NCBI GenBank assembly: GCA_026391475.1 | Contig: JAPLED010000112.1 | Span: 12,406 to 76,405 of the forward strand | Direction of reading: 5' to 3' | Source: Bacteroidia bacterium | GTDB taxonomy: Bacteria; Bacteroidota; Bacteroidia; Bacteroidales; VadinHA17 | DNA length: 64,000 bases | Notes under the pieces: model-generated | The model's input: only the letters and a program-made list of their open reading frames with translations | The model's database searches: none | Told to the model about the DNA's origin: nothing | Program-made: the position numbers and the translations under genes | In this document: positions 20,446 to 30,114 of the stretch, in pieces | Layout of the letters: each line of letters opens with the position of its first letter | Position numbering within the stretch: position 1 is the first letter of the stretch

Positions 20446-20578
20446 CCACCCCGTCATGACCAAAAGGTCATAACACCCCACCTTTAAAAAGGAGGGGAAA
20501 GTATTGATATACAATACTATAAGTTTCTCCTCCTCTTCAGAGGAGGAGTACCCTGACCGAAGTGTCAGGGGGAGGTGG
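20446..20578. repeat. five consecutive short hairpins forming a composite palindromic block (REP-like; possible dcw terminator/insulator)
   Basis: Hairpins: ATGACC-aaaa-GGTCAT (20456-20471); CCCCaCCTTT-aa-AAAGGaGGGG (20476-20497); AGTATTG-atata-CAATACT (20500-20518); CTCCTCCTC-ttca-GAGGAGGAG (20527-20548); CCCTGAC-cgaagt-GTCAGGG (20551-20570). The outer arms ACCACCCC / GGAGGTGGT are inverted. Confidence 0.6.
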
Positions 20579-20679
20579 TATGTTTTTCAGACAACTTCCA
20601 TCATTATCGACAGGTCATGACAGGGTAGTTTGGATTTCCTTTGCTACAATCTCTTTCATATTTTCTATATTTGCTGCTG

Positions 20680-22614
20680 ATGATCAGACATCTTTCAATA
20701 ATACTGCTTCTCGCCTTTTCTTCAGGTTTAAATGCCCAGAAACAGGATACCTTAAAACCGAGAATTTTAAAGCAATGTCATCTCTCTTCCGATTTCTCCG
20801 AAGAGGTAAATATTCCATTTGATACCGTCTTTTCATTATTTAACAGATACAGGATTGCCGACAGGTACTCATCAGTTAATGCAACTTTGGGTAATTATGG
20901 CCTGCCATTTTATCAGATCAGTTTTTTTGACCGGATCACAGACCCTGATAAATTTCTCTATAGCTCCTATTACCCCTTCATGCATGTTCCAGACAATGCT
21001 GTTTTCATGAATACGCAAGTTCCATTTACCGAATTGGTCTGGACTTTTGCAGGTCCAAGGGAAACTTCCGAACAAACTTTCAGGGTAAGTCATTCACAGA
21101 ACGTGAACAGGTTTCTCAATTTTGGACTCATATACGATATAATATACAGCCTGGGACAGTATAACTACCAAAGGGCTGAGGATAAGATTTTTACTCTCTA
21201 TTCTTCATATACAGGGGTAAAATATAAACTTTACATCGCGACCGGATTAAATAACATGATATCTTATGAAAACGGGGGGATAACAGATAAAAGCGAGCTT
21301 GATCAGCCTGAAACCCGTGAGGTCCCTGTAAACCTTGGTGGCCTTAACAAGGCAAATAGCATGCTTAGGAATCGTAACCTGTTGCTGGTACAACGGTACA
21401 CTATTAGCAGCAATCCTGTAAGCAAAACTGATAGTATCCCGCAGAAACGATCCGGATTTTTAGGATTAAGTGGTACCTTTTCACATATCCTGATGCTCGA
21501 AGGCAACCGGCGAACTTACTCAGACGCAGACCCTTCAACAGGCTTTTATGATACTGTATTCATAACTCAGATTATCACATTTGATTCCCTCTATTCGAGA
21601 AGCATAAAAAATACCGTGAGGTTCGATTTTTCAACTGATGAAACAAGGAAGTTCAGACTAGGTGGGGGAATTGGGATACGAAATGAAATTTTCAGATATA
21701 GTCATATAATTCCAACTCACTTCACATTACATGCCAATACATCTGTATGGCACAGAAGCAATAATGTTTTGGTCGGGAGATTATATAACAACATTGGTGA
21801 CAAGTTTCGCTGGATAGCGACAGGAGAACTGTTTTTAACCGGCGACAGAGCAGGTGATTTCAATCTGAACGGTGAAATATCCAAATCATTCGACTGGAAA
21901 AAGGGGAGGGCATCCTGGTTGTTAACTGGCGCAATGACGAACAGGCAGCCATCATTCTGGTACGAACAGTGGGGTGGTAACAATTTTAAATGGAATAATA
22001 ATTTTAACAAGGAGTTCAGGATCGATCTTGGATCTGCTTTCTCATATCCGGCCCGTAAAGCTGAAATTAAATTCAATTATGCTATTATCGATAACTATAC
22101 TGATTTTGATACCACTGCGCTTCCGTCGCAGCATTCCGGAGGCCTCTCGGTCGCTACCCTCACGGTCAGAAAAGAACTGAGAGCCTGGAAATTTCATCTT
22201 GCCACTGACGTGATAATTCAGAAAAGCAGTAATGCAGATGTGCTTGATCTTCCGTTGGTTACGGTTCGTTCAGCCGGGTACTTTGAGCATCTCTTCAGAT
22301 TTAAACAGACCGGAGGGAGAATGAACACACAACTTGGTGTTGATGTTACTTATCATACTCTTTATCACCCTTATTCCTATATGCCGGCAACCGGGAGGTT
22401 TTTCCGTCAGGATCAGGTTAGTACCGGTAATTATCCCTTCCTTAATGTATTCCTGAATTTTAAAGTGAAAAGGACAAGAGTCTTTATTATGTTCGATCAT
22501 GTAAACTACGGAATAATGGGTAACAGGATAGGTAATAACTACGATATGATACCCAATTATCCGATGAATATCAGGATGTTCCGCTATGGTCTGGCCTGGA
22601 CATTTTATGATTAA
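20680..22614 (+). CDS. putative outer-membrane beta-barrel protein (porin-like), function unknown
   Basis: Signal peptide MIRHLSIILLLAFSSGLNAQ. Aromatic-rich alternating pattern throughout and a C-terminal ...GLAWTFYD. I chose ATG 20680 over the TTG at 20641 used by the ORF track. Confidence 0.5.
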   Translation: MIRHLSIILLLAFSSGLNAQKQDTLKPRILKQCHLSSDFSEEVNIPFDTVFSLFNRYRIADRYSSVNATLGNYGLPFYQISFFDRITDPDKFLYSSYYPFMHVPDNAVFMNTQVPFTELVWTFAGPRETSEQTFRVSHSQNVNRFLNFGLIYDIIYSLGQYNYQRAEDKIFTLYSSYTGVKYKLYIATGLNNMISYENGGITDKSELDQPETREVPVNLGGLNKANSMLRNRNLLLVQRYTISSNPVSKTDSIPQKRSGFLGLSGTFSHILMLEGNRRTYSDADPSTGFYDTVFITQIITFDSLYSRSIKNTVRFDFSTDETRKFRLGGGIGIRNEIFRYSHIIPTHFTLHANTSVWHRSNNVLVGRLYNNIGDKFRWIATGELFLTGDRAGDFNLNGEISKSFDWKKGRASWLLTGAMTNRQPSFWYEQWGGNNFKWNNNFNKEFRIDLGSAFSYPARKAEIKFNYAIIDNYTDFDTTALPSQHSGGLSVATLTVRKELRAWKFHLATDVIIQKSSNADVLDLPLVTVRSAGYFEHLFRFKQTGGRMNTQLGVDVTYHTLYHPYSYMPATGRFFRQDQVSTGNYPFLNVFLNFKVKRTRVFIMFDHVNYGIMGNRIGNNYDMIPNYPMNIRMFRYGLAWTFYD

Positions 22615-22674
22615 AAAAATAGTTGTATCTTTGAACACATTTTTTAAAGAGAGTGTTTAACTAATTCAATATCT

Positions 22675-23583
22675 TTGATAAAGAAGTTAATATTTCTATA
22701 CGTATTTCTGGTAACAGTTCTAATTTCCTGTTCTGATAATCACCCTGTCTCTAAAAATAATAATAGTAATTCTGTTTCCTTTGATCTTGATTCTATAAGG
22801 GAACGAGGAAAGTTAATTGCAGTAACTGACTTTAATTCAACGAATTATTTTATTTACAGGGGCGAACCAATGGGGTTTCATTACAAACCTCTCAAGTCAT
22901 TCTCCGATCATTTCAAAAACGCGCGTTCCAGCATAATTGTAAAAAGTGATTATTATTCTTTAAATACAGGAAAAGTATCCGAATATGATGATATGATCAG
23001 GAAGTTCAGTGCCAGCATTAAGTGGGACTGGAGGTTACTTGCATCGCTGATATGCCAGGAATCGCATTTCGACCCAAATGTCGAATCGTATGCAGGAGCA
23101 TATGGTTTAATGCAGATCATGCCGGTTACCGGAAGAAACTTTGGAATTGATATTACTTCTTCCCCTGAAAACAATATGAAAGCAGGTATTCTGTATATTA
23201 ACTGGCTTCATTCAATATTCGGTCCAAAAATTTTCGATGAAAATGAAAGGCTTAATTTTATCCTTGCAGCATATAATGCAGGTCCCGGGCACGTTCTCGA
23301 CGCTATGAAACTTGCTGAAAAAAACGGTATGGATCCTCAGAAATGGGATGGGAATGTCGCCTTGTGGTTATTGAAAAAGTCTGATCCACAATACTATAAT
23401 GATATTGTTGTAAAAAATGGATATTTCAGGGGAACTGAGTCAGTAAATTTTGTCAGTGAGGTCCGTGAGAGGTTCGAACGCTATAAGAATATTATTCCGG
23501 AAGAAAAAGAAACCCGGGCATCATCTCCCGGTGACCTCGGGAAGTTCTTTTTAATCCGGTCCGAAGAAGCCATCTGCCATTGA
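22675..23583 (+). CDS. lytic murein transglycosylase (SLT domain), MltF-like lipoprotein lacking most of the N-terminal solute-binding-like domain
   Basis: TTG start and lipobox VLISC. SLT catalytic region LICQESHFDPN...GAYGLMQIMP...AYNAGPGHV. Only ~50 aa of the SBP-like module (RGKLIAVTDFNSTNYFIYRGEPMGFHY) is present. Confidence 0.75.
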   Translation: MIKKLIFLYVFLVTVLISCSDNHPVSKNNNSNSVSFDLDSIRERGKLIAVTDFNSTNYFIYRGEPMGFHYKPLKSFSDHFKNARSSIIVKSDYYSLNTGKVSEYDDMIRKFSASIKWDWRLLASLICQESHFDPNVESYAGAYGLMQIMPVTGRNFGIDITSSPENNMKAGILYINWLHSIFGPKIFDENERLNFILAAYNAGPGHVLDAMKLAEKNGMDPQKWDGNVALWLLKKSDPQYYNDIVVKNGYFRGTESVNFVSEVRERFERYKNIIPEEKETRASSPGDLGKFFLIRSEEAICH

Positions 23584-23637
23584 ATCTCAGTTCCAGGCAG
23601 CCCTTTTAGTATTTCATTTTTTAATTTGTCAGCAAAT

Positions 23638-25971
23638 CTATTCATACCGTAGCGCCTCCACCGGGTTCCTCGTAGCAGCCCTCCAACTTTGCCAGCTGAC
23701 TGTTAGCAGAGCAATACCAAGGGCCAACAATCCAGCCAAGGCAAATATCCACCAACTCAATTCTGTCTTGTAAGCAAAATTCAGCAACCATTTTTTCATT
23801 GCATACCAGGCAACAGGGCAGGCAATTACATATGCAATGGTTACCCACTTAATAACATCTTTATTCAACATTGCCATTATTTCGGAAACTCTGGCACCGT
23901 TAATTTTGCGTATACCTATTTCTTTTGTACGACGTTTGGTACTATAAATTGAAAGACCGAAAAGACCGATACTGGCAATGAACAATGCAAGTAATGCAAA
24001 TGAAAAAAGCAGATTCTCAAATCTTTTTTCCGATTTATACTGTAAATCAAATGTCTCATCAAGGAAATTATATTCAAAAGCGAAAGCCGGGCAAACTTCT
24101 TCCCATGTTCCTTTTATTATTACTAAAGCCCTTGTAATGCTATTATTACTCACCTTCACATTTACATAATTTACATAATCCGGAGTATAAAACAGAAGTA
24201 ATGGTGTTTTCTCATAATTTAAACCCCGGTAATGAAAGTCGTTGATTATGCCAATAATCTGACCTTTAACTCCATTTCCGGGAACGATGACCTGTCCGAT
24301 TGGATTTTTTAAATCATAAAGTTTAACAGCAGTCTCATTGATCAGATATGTTGCTTTTTTATCGCCAGGGTTGTTTACGGAAAAGTTTCGACCTTCTTTT
24401 ATTCTGATCCCCATTGTTTTTAAATAATCAGGATCGACATAGTTATTAAAGAACTTATTTTCTTTCCCTTCAATATTCACGCAACACCATGATCCCCAGT
24501 AATTTCCAGGCACTCTGCTTGAGTAAGAAACACTTAATATTTCAGGATATGCCGACAACTTTTCTTTGAACAGATCCAGATGACCCTTTAACTGAGAGTT
24601 AATTTTAAGGTTGACAATATCATTTTTGTTGAATCCGAGGTCCTTTTTATTCATGTACCGGAATTGCTGGTTGACGATCAGAGTGCTGCATATTAAAGTA
24701 ATTGAGACCAAATTCTGGAAAACGATTAATCCATTACGGATCCAATTATGTTTAGAGTAGCCTGACAATCTCTCTTTATTTGTATTAATGGTATAGGCAC
24801 TGATATATAAACTTGGGTAAATTCCTGTAATCAGTACAAATACTATAAGTCCGGCTGCAAACAGAAGCAGGTTGTCTGGGGTAAATAAACCGGCAGAGGA
24901 AACAGGGAATCCGGTTATTGAATTTAATAAAGGAGCAAAGAACCATAAGAGAAAAAACGATAAACCGAAGGAAATAAATATAATAAGAACCGTTTCAAAG
25001 ACAAATTGTACAATCAACTGAAACAAAGATGCACCTTGTAGTTTTTTTATACTTACTTCCTTCGATCTTGCAACAGCATTAGCAATGGTTAAATTGATAA
25101 AATTTATGGCTGCCAGCAATAGTATGAAAATTGAAACAGCAATCAGTATCTTGTTATATAATATATTACCGTGTTTTGTATTACTCTCATTTTCAACTTC
25201 GGGTGAGTAGTAAATTTTTGAGAACGGTCTTAACCTGAACTGGTCGTTGTAACCTGTCTTTTTAAGCAGATCGAAGATTGTTTTCTCAGATTCAGCTACG
25301 CGTATACCCTCAGGAAGTAAAAGATAGGTAGGATAGCTCCATCCGTCATATTCCTTTAGAACACCTTTATAACGAATCTGTTCAAGGCTGATCATGGAAG
25401 CCAACACATCTGTTTTGAAGTGCAGGAATGGCTGATCTTTTATTATAGCAGTAACTGTGAAATCAAACTGATTTTCGAATCTGACAATTTTCCCAATAGC
25501 GTCAATCCTTCCGAATAGTCTTCTGGCAAGCGACTCTGAAAGAACCAGTGAGAATGGTTGAATAAGAGCTTCTTCAGGATTACCTGCAATAAACTCAAGA
25601 GGAAAAGTTTTAAAAAAGGTACTGTCTGTAAATGTGAGATCTTTGAGATTGTAAGGAATATTATTAACCTGAATTCCAACATCTCCCCAGAAATTAAGCC
25701 TGGTTGCTATAACCTGATTGGTCAGATTCTGATTAATAGCATGACCAAGGAAGGGAGGCATACTTGCCCAATGCGCTTCCAGACGATATATCCTGTTACT
25801 GTTTGGAATGCCTCTGTCAAATTTATTTTCATTTATTACAAAAGACCATATTATAATTACTGCAGAAATGCTTACAGCTAAACCAAGAATTTTTATCAGT
25901 GTTGATGTAATATTTTTTTTTAAATTCCTGAATGTTATCTTAAGAACTCCTTGTAAAAGCATAATCATCAA
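23638..25971 (-). CDS. ABC-type permease with duplicated FtsX domains and MacB-like extracytoplasmic domains; no fused ATPase
   Basis: N-terminal KITFRNLKKN...TM, two FtsX 4-TM bundles and a C-terminal RNPVEALRYE. The start is ambiguous (several Met codons at 25962-25971). Confidence 0.85.
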   Translation of the reverse strand: MMIMLLQGVLKITFRNLKKNITSTLIKILGLAVSISAVIIIWSFVINENKFDRGIPNSNRIYRLEAHWASMPPFLGHAINQNLTNQVIATRLNFWGDVGIQVNNIPYNLKDLTFTDSTFFKTFPLEFIAGNPEEALIQPFSLVLSESLARRLFGRIDAIGKIVRFENQFDFTVTAIIKDQPFLHFKTDVLASMISLEQIRYKGVLKEYDGWSYPTYLLLPEGIRVAESEKTIFDLLKKTGYNDQFRLRPFSKIYYSPEVENESNTKHGNILYNKILIAVSIFILLLAAINFINLTIANAVARSKEVSIKKLQGASLFQLIVQFVFETVLIIFISFGLSFFLLWFFAPLLNSITGFPVSSAGLFTPDNLLLFAAGLIVFVLITGIYPSLYISAYTINTNKERLSGYSKHNWIRNGLIVFQNLVSITLICSTLIVNQQFRYMNKKDLGFNKNDIVNLKINSQLKGHLDLFKEKLSAYPEILSVSYSSRVPGNYWGSWCCVNIEGKENKFFNNYVDPDYLKTMGIRIKEGRNFSVNNPGDKKATYLINETAVKLYDLKNPIGQVIVPGNGVKGQIIGIINDFHYRGLNYEKTPLLLFYTPDYVNYVNVKVSNNSITRALVIIKGTWEEVCPAFAFEYNFLDETFDLQYKSEKRFENLLFSFALLALFIASIGLFGLSIYSTKRRTKEIGIRKINGARVSEIMAMLNKDVIKWVTIAYVIACPVAWYAMKKWLLNFAYKTELSWWIFALAGLLALGIALLTVSWQSWRAATRNPVEALRYE

Positions 25972-26001
25972 ATATTTAGTAAGACGGTAAACATGTTATA
26001 G

Positions 26002-26076
26002 TTATTCACACCGGAGAGCTTCAACCGGGTTCCTTGTTGCTGCCCGCCATCCCGATAGCTATCGGGACTGCCAGCT
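26002..26076 (-). pseudogene. remnant 3' end of a third FtsX-permease paralog, interrupted by an 18-nt perfect palindrome
   Basis: The minus strand reads AGCTGGCAGT-[palindrome]-TGG CGG GCA GCA ACA AGG AAC CCG GTT GAA GCT CTC CGG TGT GAA TAA. This encodes SWQ..WRAATRNPVEALRCE*, compared with SWQSWRAATRNPVEALRYE* at the end of the 23638-25971 gene. The palindrome is TCCCGATAGCTATCGGGA at 26050-26067. Confidence 0.6.
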
Positions 26077-26082
26077 TTATTT

Positions 26083-28446
26083 CTATTCATACCTCAAACT
26101 ATCAACAGGATTCTTAATCGCTGCTTTATATGACTGAAATGAAACTGTAAGCAATGCTATTCCCAACGCAATTATCCCTGCAAGTGCAAAAATCCACCAA
26201 CTCATCTCTGTTTTGTATGCATAATTTTGCAGCCATTTTTTCATTGCATACCAGGCAATAGGGCAGGCAATTAAAAAAGCAATCGCTACCCACTTTACAA
26301 AATCCTTGTTTAACATCGCCAGTATTTCTGATATTTTGGCTCCGTTTACTTTACGGATTCCTATTTCCTTTACACGACGCTGACAAGAAAAAATTGACAT
26401 GGCCAAAATACCCAGACTGCATATAACTATTGCACATCCTGCAAATAAGGCGAATGTTCGACGAAACCTGAGTTCCGATTGATACATGTTCTGAATAGCC
26501 TGATCAAAAAAACTCACATCGATAGGAAAGGATGGTGATAGCTCTGAGGCAGTTTTTTTAATGTTATTTACCACGTTATCTAAGGATGCGAAATTACCTG
26601 TCTGAACAGTTATAAGACAAAATGAAGCAGTTGGTTCATTTCTTATGGCAAGAGATGCTATGGGCTGATCTACAGCCTTATAATGAAAATCTTTTACAAC
26701 ACCGATTATTTCGGATTGATAAGCATGTTCACCCATCATGCCCATGGTAATAGTTGCTCCTATTGGATTTGTAATGTTTTGTTCGCGAAGGAAAGTTTCA
26801 TTAACAACAATTTTCTTCTTATCTGTAAAAAGATTGTCGGTGTATAAACGTCCCATAACCAATTGTAAATCCAGTATTTCAAAGAAAACTGCGTCGGCAC
26901 TGAAAGTATTAAAACTGATTTCTTTCTTTTCTCCGTTCTGGTTAAACTGGGTTGTCCATTGTGAAATGATATTTCCAGGATAATACTGTGAGAACGATAC
27001 TTTCCTGATTCCCGGTTTTCCTTCAAGCAGGTTTTTAAGAACATCTTTCTTCTGATTAAGTTGGTCGGTTAGCCTGATACCTATAATATTGTTCTGGTTA
27101 AACCCAAGATTGCTACTTCCGAATCTGACCTGTTTCTGAATAAGGACAGTAAATGAAATAAGCACGATGGCAATTGTGAACTGCATAGTTACAAGAACGC
27201 CTCTGAAGGAGAAGTTGGTTTTATTTGGTTTTACTGTTTTTTTCAAATTATCTACCGCCCTGGAGGAAGAGATCCTTAAAGCCGGAATAATGCTGAAAGT
27301 AACACTTAAAACAACGATAATTGCCAGAGAAACAATTATAAAGCCGGGAGAATTTATTAATTTCTGACTGAAGTGAATCCCCGTATAGTCCCGGATAAAG
27401 AGATTGACAGCATTAACAAGTTCGATAGCAATAAAAAGAGCTGCCAGAAAAAAGAGGAATGACTCTGCAAGTGTGTTACGGATTATTGAAGACCGTGTTG
27501 CCCCGATTACCTTCAGAACCCCTGTCTGTTTGATTTTTTCCTGCCACTGGGATAATGAAATATTCATGAAATTGATCAGTGCAATCATCAGAACAAGTGA
27601 AGCTACGAGGACCAGGATCTGAACTTTCTTTTTGTCGCCGGATATAAGATAATTGCTCCCGAGAAGTGTAAATTTTGAAAAATAGATTTTAGTTAATGGA
27701 GTTAGCTTCGTATTCAGATAGCCTTTCCGGTTATCTTCAGGTATAAGAGATGCAATTGTTCTCGCTGTCTCTTCCGGATTCGCCCCCTTGTTTAAAAGTA
27801 GAAACGTCTGGAAATCACACCATCCCCATTCAGTATACTCACCTCCGTTTTCCTGAACTATCTTTCTGGTGGCAATAGATGTAATCGCACTGAAGGTAAG
27901 ACATGAATTTGCAAGTGGCTCTTCAACAACTGCGCTTACTGCAAGACTTTTATTGTTATTGAGCTTTATCATCTTTCCCAAGGCCGGTTCCTTCCCGAAA
28001 AGCTTGTCCGACAAAGTTTTTGTGATAACTATTGTGAGAGGCTCTTTCAAGGCATCTGAAGCATTTCCTTCAATGAAACGGAAAGAAAAGAGTTTGAAGA
28101 AATCTTCATCTGCAAAAACAAGATCTGATGTAAAAGGCTCGTTATTTTCTGTCTGGAATACAGGAGCTTCCCATGTTCCTCCCATTCTTACTATTGATTC
28201 AACTCCCGGCACTTTCCGGTCAATGTGTTCTTTTAGGATACCAGGTGAGTAAAGGTGATCTTCAAGCCCGTAAAAATAGACACGGTCTCCGTTTTTGTGG
28301 TATTTGTCAGTTGTAAGCTCACTATAGCAATAAACAGAAAGTATGATTACCAATGTCAGACTAATAGTCAAACCCAGCAGGTTGATCAGATTGGTTACCG
28401 GTCTTCGGGTGAAATTCCGGATGATTGTTTTAAATAGATACTTCAC
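26083..28446 (-). CDS. ABC-type permease with duplicated FtsX domains and MacB-like extracytoplasmic domains; no fused ATPase
   Basis: Paralog of the downstream gene. N-terminal IIRNFTRRP...TM and C-terminal KNPVDSLRYE. 787 aa. Confidence 0.85.
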   Translation of the reverse strand: MKYLFKTIIRNFTRRPVTNLINLLGLTISLTLVIILSVYCYSELTTDKYHKNGDRVYFYGLEDHLYSPGILKEHIDRKVPGVESIVRMGGTWEAPVFQTENNEPFTSDLVFADEDFFKLFSFRFIEGNASDALKEPLTIVITKTLSDKLFGKEPALGKMIKLNNNKSLAVSAVVEEPLANSCLTFSAITSIATRKIVQENGGEYTEWGWCDFQTFLLLNKGANPEETARTIASLIPEDNRKGYLNTKLTPLTKIYFSKFTLLGSNYLISGDKKKVQILVLVASLVLMIALINFMNISLSQWQEKIKQTGVLKVIGATRSSIIRNTLAESFLFFLAALFIAIELVNAVNLFIRDYTGIHFSQKLINSPGFIIVSLAIIVVLSVTFSIIPALRISSSRAVDNLKKTVKPNKTNFSFRGVLVTMQFTIAIVLISFTVLIQKQVRFGSSNLGFNQNNIIGIRLTDQLNQKKDVLKNLLEGKPGIRKVSFSQYYPGNIISQWTTQFNQNGEKKEISFNTFSADAVFFEILDLQLVMGRLYTDNLFTDKKKIVVNETFLREQNITNPIGATITMGMMGEHAYQSEIIGVVKDFHYKAVDQPIASLAIRNEPTASFCLITVQTGNFASLDNVVNNIKKTASELSPSFPIDVSFFDQAIQNMYQSELRFRRTFALFAGCAIVICSLGILAMSIFSCQRRVKEIGIRKVNGAKISEILAMLNKDFVKWVAIAFLIACPIAWYAMKKWLQNYAYKTEMSWWIFALAGIIALGIALLTVSFQSYKAAIKNPVDSLRYE

Positions 28447-28743
28447 AATCTTAAATTTTATTTGGTTACTTCATCAAAGTCAGAGTTTCATGATAATCTG
28501 ATTTTTAATAATTCTATGCTTTCAAGAGTACTTATTACCATAATGATGCCATAATTGTATGTGTGTGGTATAAAGCTATTTAAATATAAAGATAAATCCC
28601 AAAAGTCAATATATTTTACGATTAAGTGTAAAAATATTATACGGATTGTTGACTTTTTATTTAAAATCAAGTAATTTTACTTTCAACCCCACAATCCCTC
28701 ACCCGGGGTAGCAGACAAATAGAAAAGATTGAAATTCAAATAC

Positions 28744-30114
28744 ATGCAGATTCAGAAAGGTAACATACTGGTTGTTGATGATAATAAGAGCATTTTAAGC
28801 ACACTCGAAATTCTACTCTCACCTGAATTTCAGACTGTAACAACATTATCTAATCCAAACCAGATTCTAACCGAGTTGAGGAAGAAAGACTACAACCTGG
28901 TAATCCTCGACATGAATTTCCAGGCAGGGGTAAATACCGGTAATGAAGGTATATACTGGCTTGGAAGAATTAAGGAGACCAACCCTGAGATATCCGTAGT
29001 CATGATTACAGCTTATGGTGATATTGATATTGCAGTCAAGGCTTTGAAAGCAGGAGCTTCGGATTTCATACTGAAACCATGGGATAATGAGAAATTGCTT
29101 GCAACACTAAAACTTGCCATCCAGCTTAATCTTTCGAAAAACGAGGTTAAGCATCTTAAGGAGAGAGAAACAGAACTTAAGAAAGAGTTTAACCGTGACC
29201 AGAAGTTCATCATCGGTTCATCACCTCAGCTGATGAAGGTACTTAACATGGTCAGGAAAGTTGCAAAGACCGATGCTAACGTATTGATTACCGGAGAAAA
29301 CGGTACCGGCAAAGAGTTGATAGCACAGGAAATTCACCGTCAGTCGAACAGATCCAAAGAGGTACTGGTAAGTGTAGATATGGGTTCTTTAAGCGAATCT
29401 CTCTTTGAAAGTGAACTGTTTGGTCATATTAAAGGAGCTTTCACAGATGCCCGCGAGAACCGGCAGGGTAAATTTGAAATTGCTGATAAGGGCACACTTT
29501 TCCTTGATGAGATAGGAAACCTGTCGTTTCATCTTCAGGCAAAACTACTTGCAGCAATAGAGAACCGTCAGATTACACGTATTGGTTCAAATCAACTGAT
29601 TCCTACCGATATACGTCTGATATGTGCAACCAACAAAAACCTTGAAAGTATGGTTACTGAAGGACTCTTCCGTGAGGATCTTCTTTACCGTATCAACACA
29701 ATCCAGATTGAATTGCCTCCGCTAAGGGATCGGGGGAATGATATTATAATTCTTGCTGAATTCTTTCTGAAAAAATATACTAACAAATACAATAAACCAA
29801 ATCAGAAAATTACCCAGCAGGCAAATGAAAAAATGCTGAAGTATTCCTGGCCCGGCAATATCCGTGAACTTCAGCATACCATTGAAAAGGCAGTAATATT
29901 AAGTGAAACAGCTATAATAAAACCTGAGGATTTATTTTTGCGGCAAATAAACTCAATAAAAAATCACGACTCTTTCAATACACTTGAAGAGATGGAAAAA
30001 CAAATGATTCAAAATGCCCTTGAGAAGAATAACGGTAACTTTACTGCTGCGGCAGACCAGCTTGGGGTGACCAGGCAAACTCTGTACAACAGACTTAAAA
30101 AAACCGATAAATGA
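28744..30114 (+). CDS. sigma-54-dependent response regulator (receiver + AAA+ EBP + Fis-type HTH)
   Basis: Receiver domain (ILVVDDN...VILDMNF). Walker A GENGTGKE. GAFTDA loop, a GAFTGA variant. C-terminal AADQLGVTRQTLYNRLKK. I chose ATG 28744 over the upstream TTG at 28729. Confidence 0.9.
   Translation: MQIQKGNILVVDDNKSILSTLEILLSPEFQTVTTLSNPNQILTELRKKDYNLVILDMNFQAGVNTGNEGIYWLGRIKETNPEISVVMITAYGDIDIAVKALKAGASDFILKPWDNEKLLATLKLAIQLNLSKNEVKHLKERETELKKEFNRDQKFIIGSSPQLMKVLNMVRKVAKTDANVLITGENGTGKELIAQEIHRQSNRSKEVLVSVDMGSLSESLFESELFGHIKGAFTDARENRQGKFEIADKGTLFLDEIGNLSFHLQAKLLAAIENRQITRIGSNQLIPTDIRLICATNKNLESMVTEGLFREDLLYRINTIQIELPPLRDRGNDIIILAEFFLKKYTNKYNKPNQKITQQANEKMLKYSWPGNIRELQHTIEKAVILSETAIIKPEDLFLRQINSIKNHDSFNTLEEMEKQMIQNALEKNNGNFTAAADQLGVTRQTLYNRLKKTDK

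Noticed and set aside
20562-20822. 86-aa ORF starting in the hairpin block after ftsZ (MSGGGGMFF...).
   Set aside because: It starts inside the repeat and hairpin sequence, overlaps the start of the porin-like gene out of frame, and has no protein-like features.
28535-28551. Possible sigma-54 promoter on the minus strand upstream of the permease genes (TGGCAT-cattaT-GGTA).
   Set aside because: The -24 GG is present, but the conserved -12 GC is GT at the required spacing. I cannot support a sigma-54 promoter call by eye. No other GG-N10-GC element with a TGGCAC/TTGC context was found in 28447-28743 or 25972-26082.
28488-28670. 60-aa ORF in the divergent permease/regulator intergenic region.
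   Set aside because: It is AT-rich and low-complexity, with no start context or motif. This region is expected to hold the promoters.
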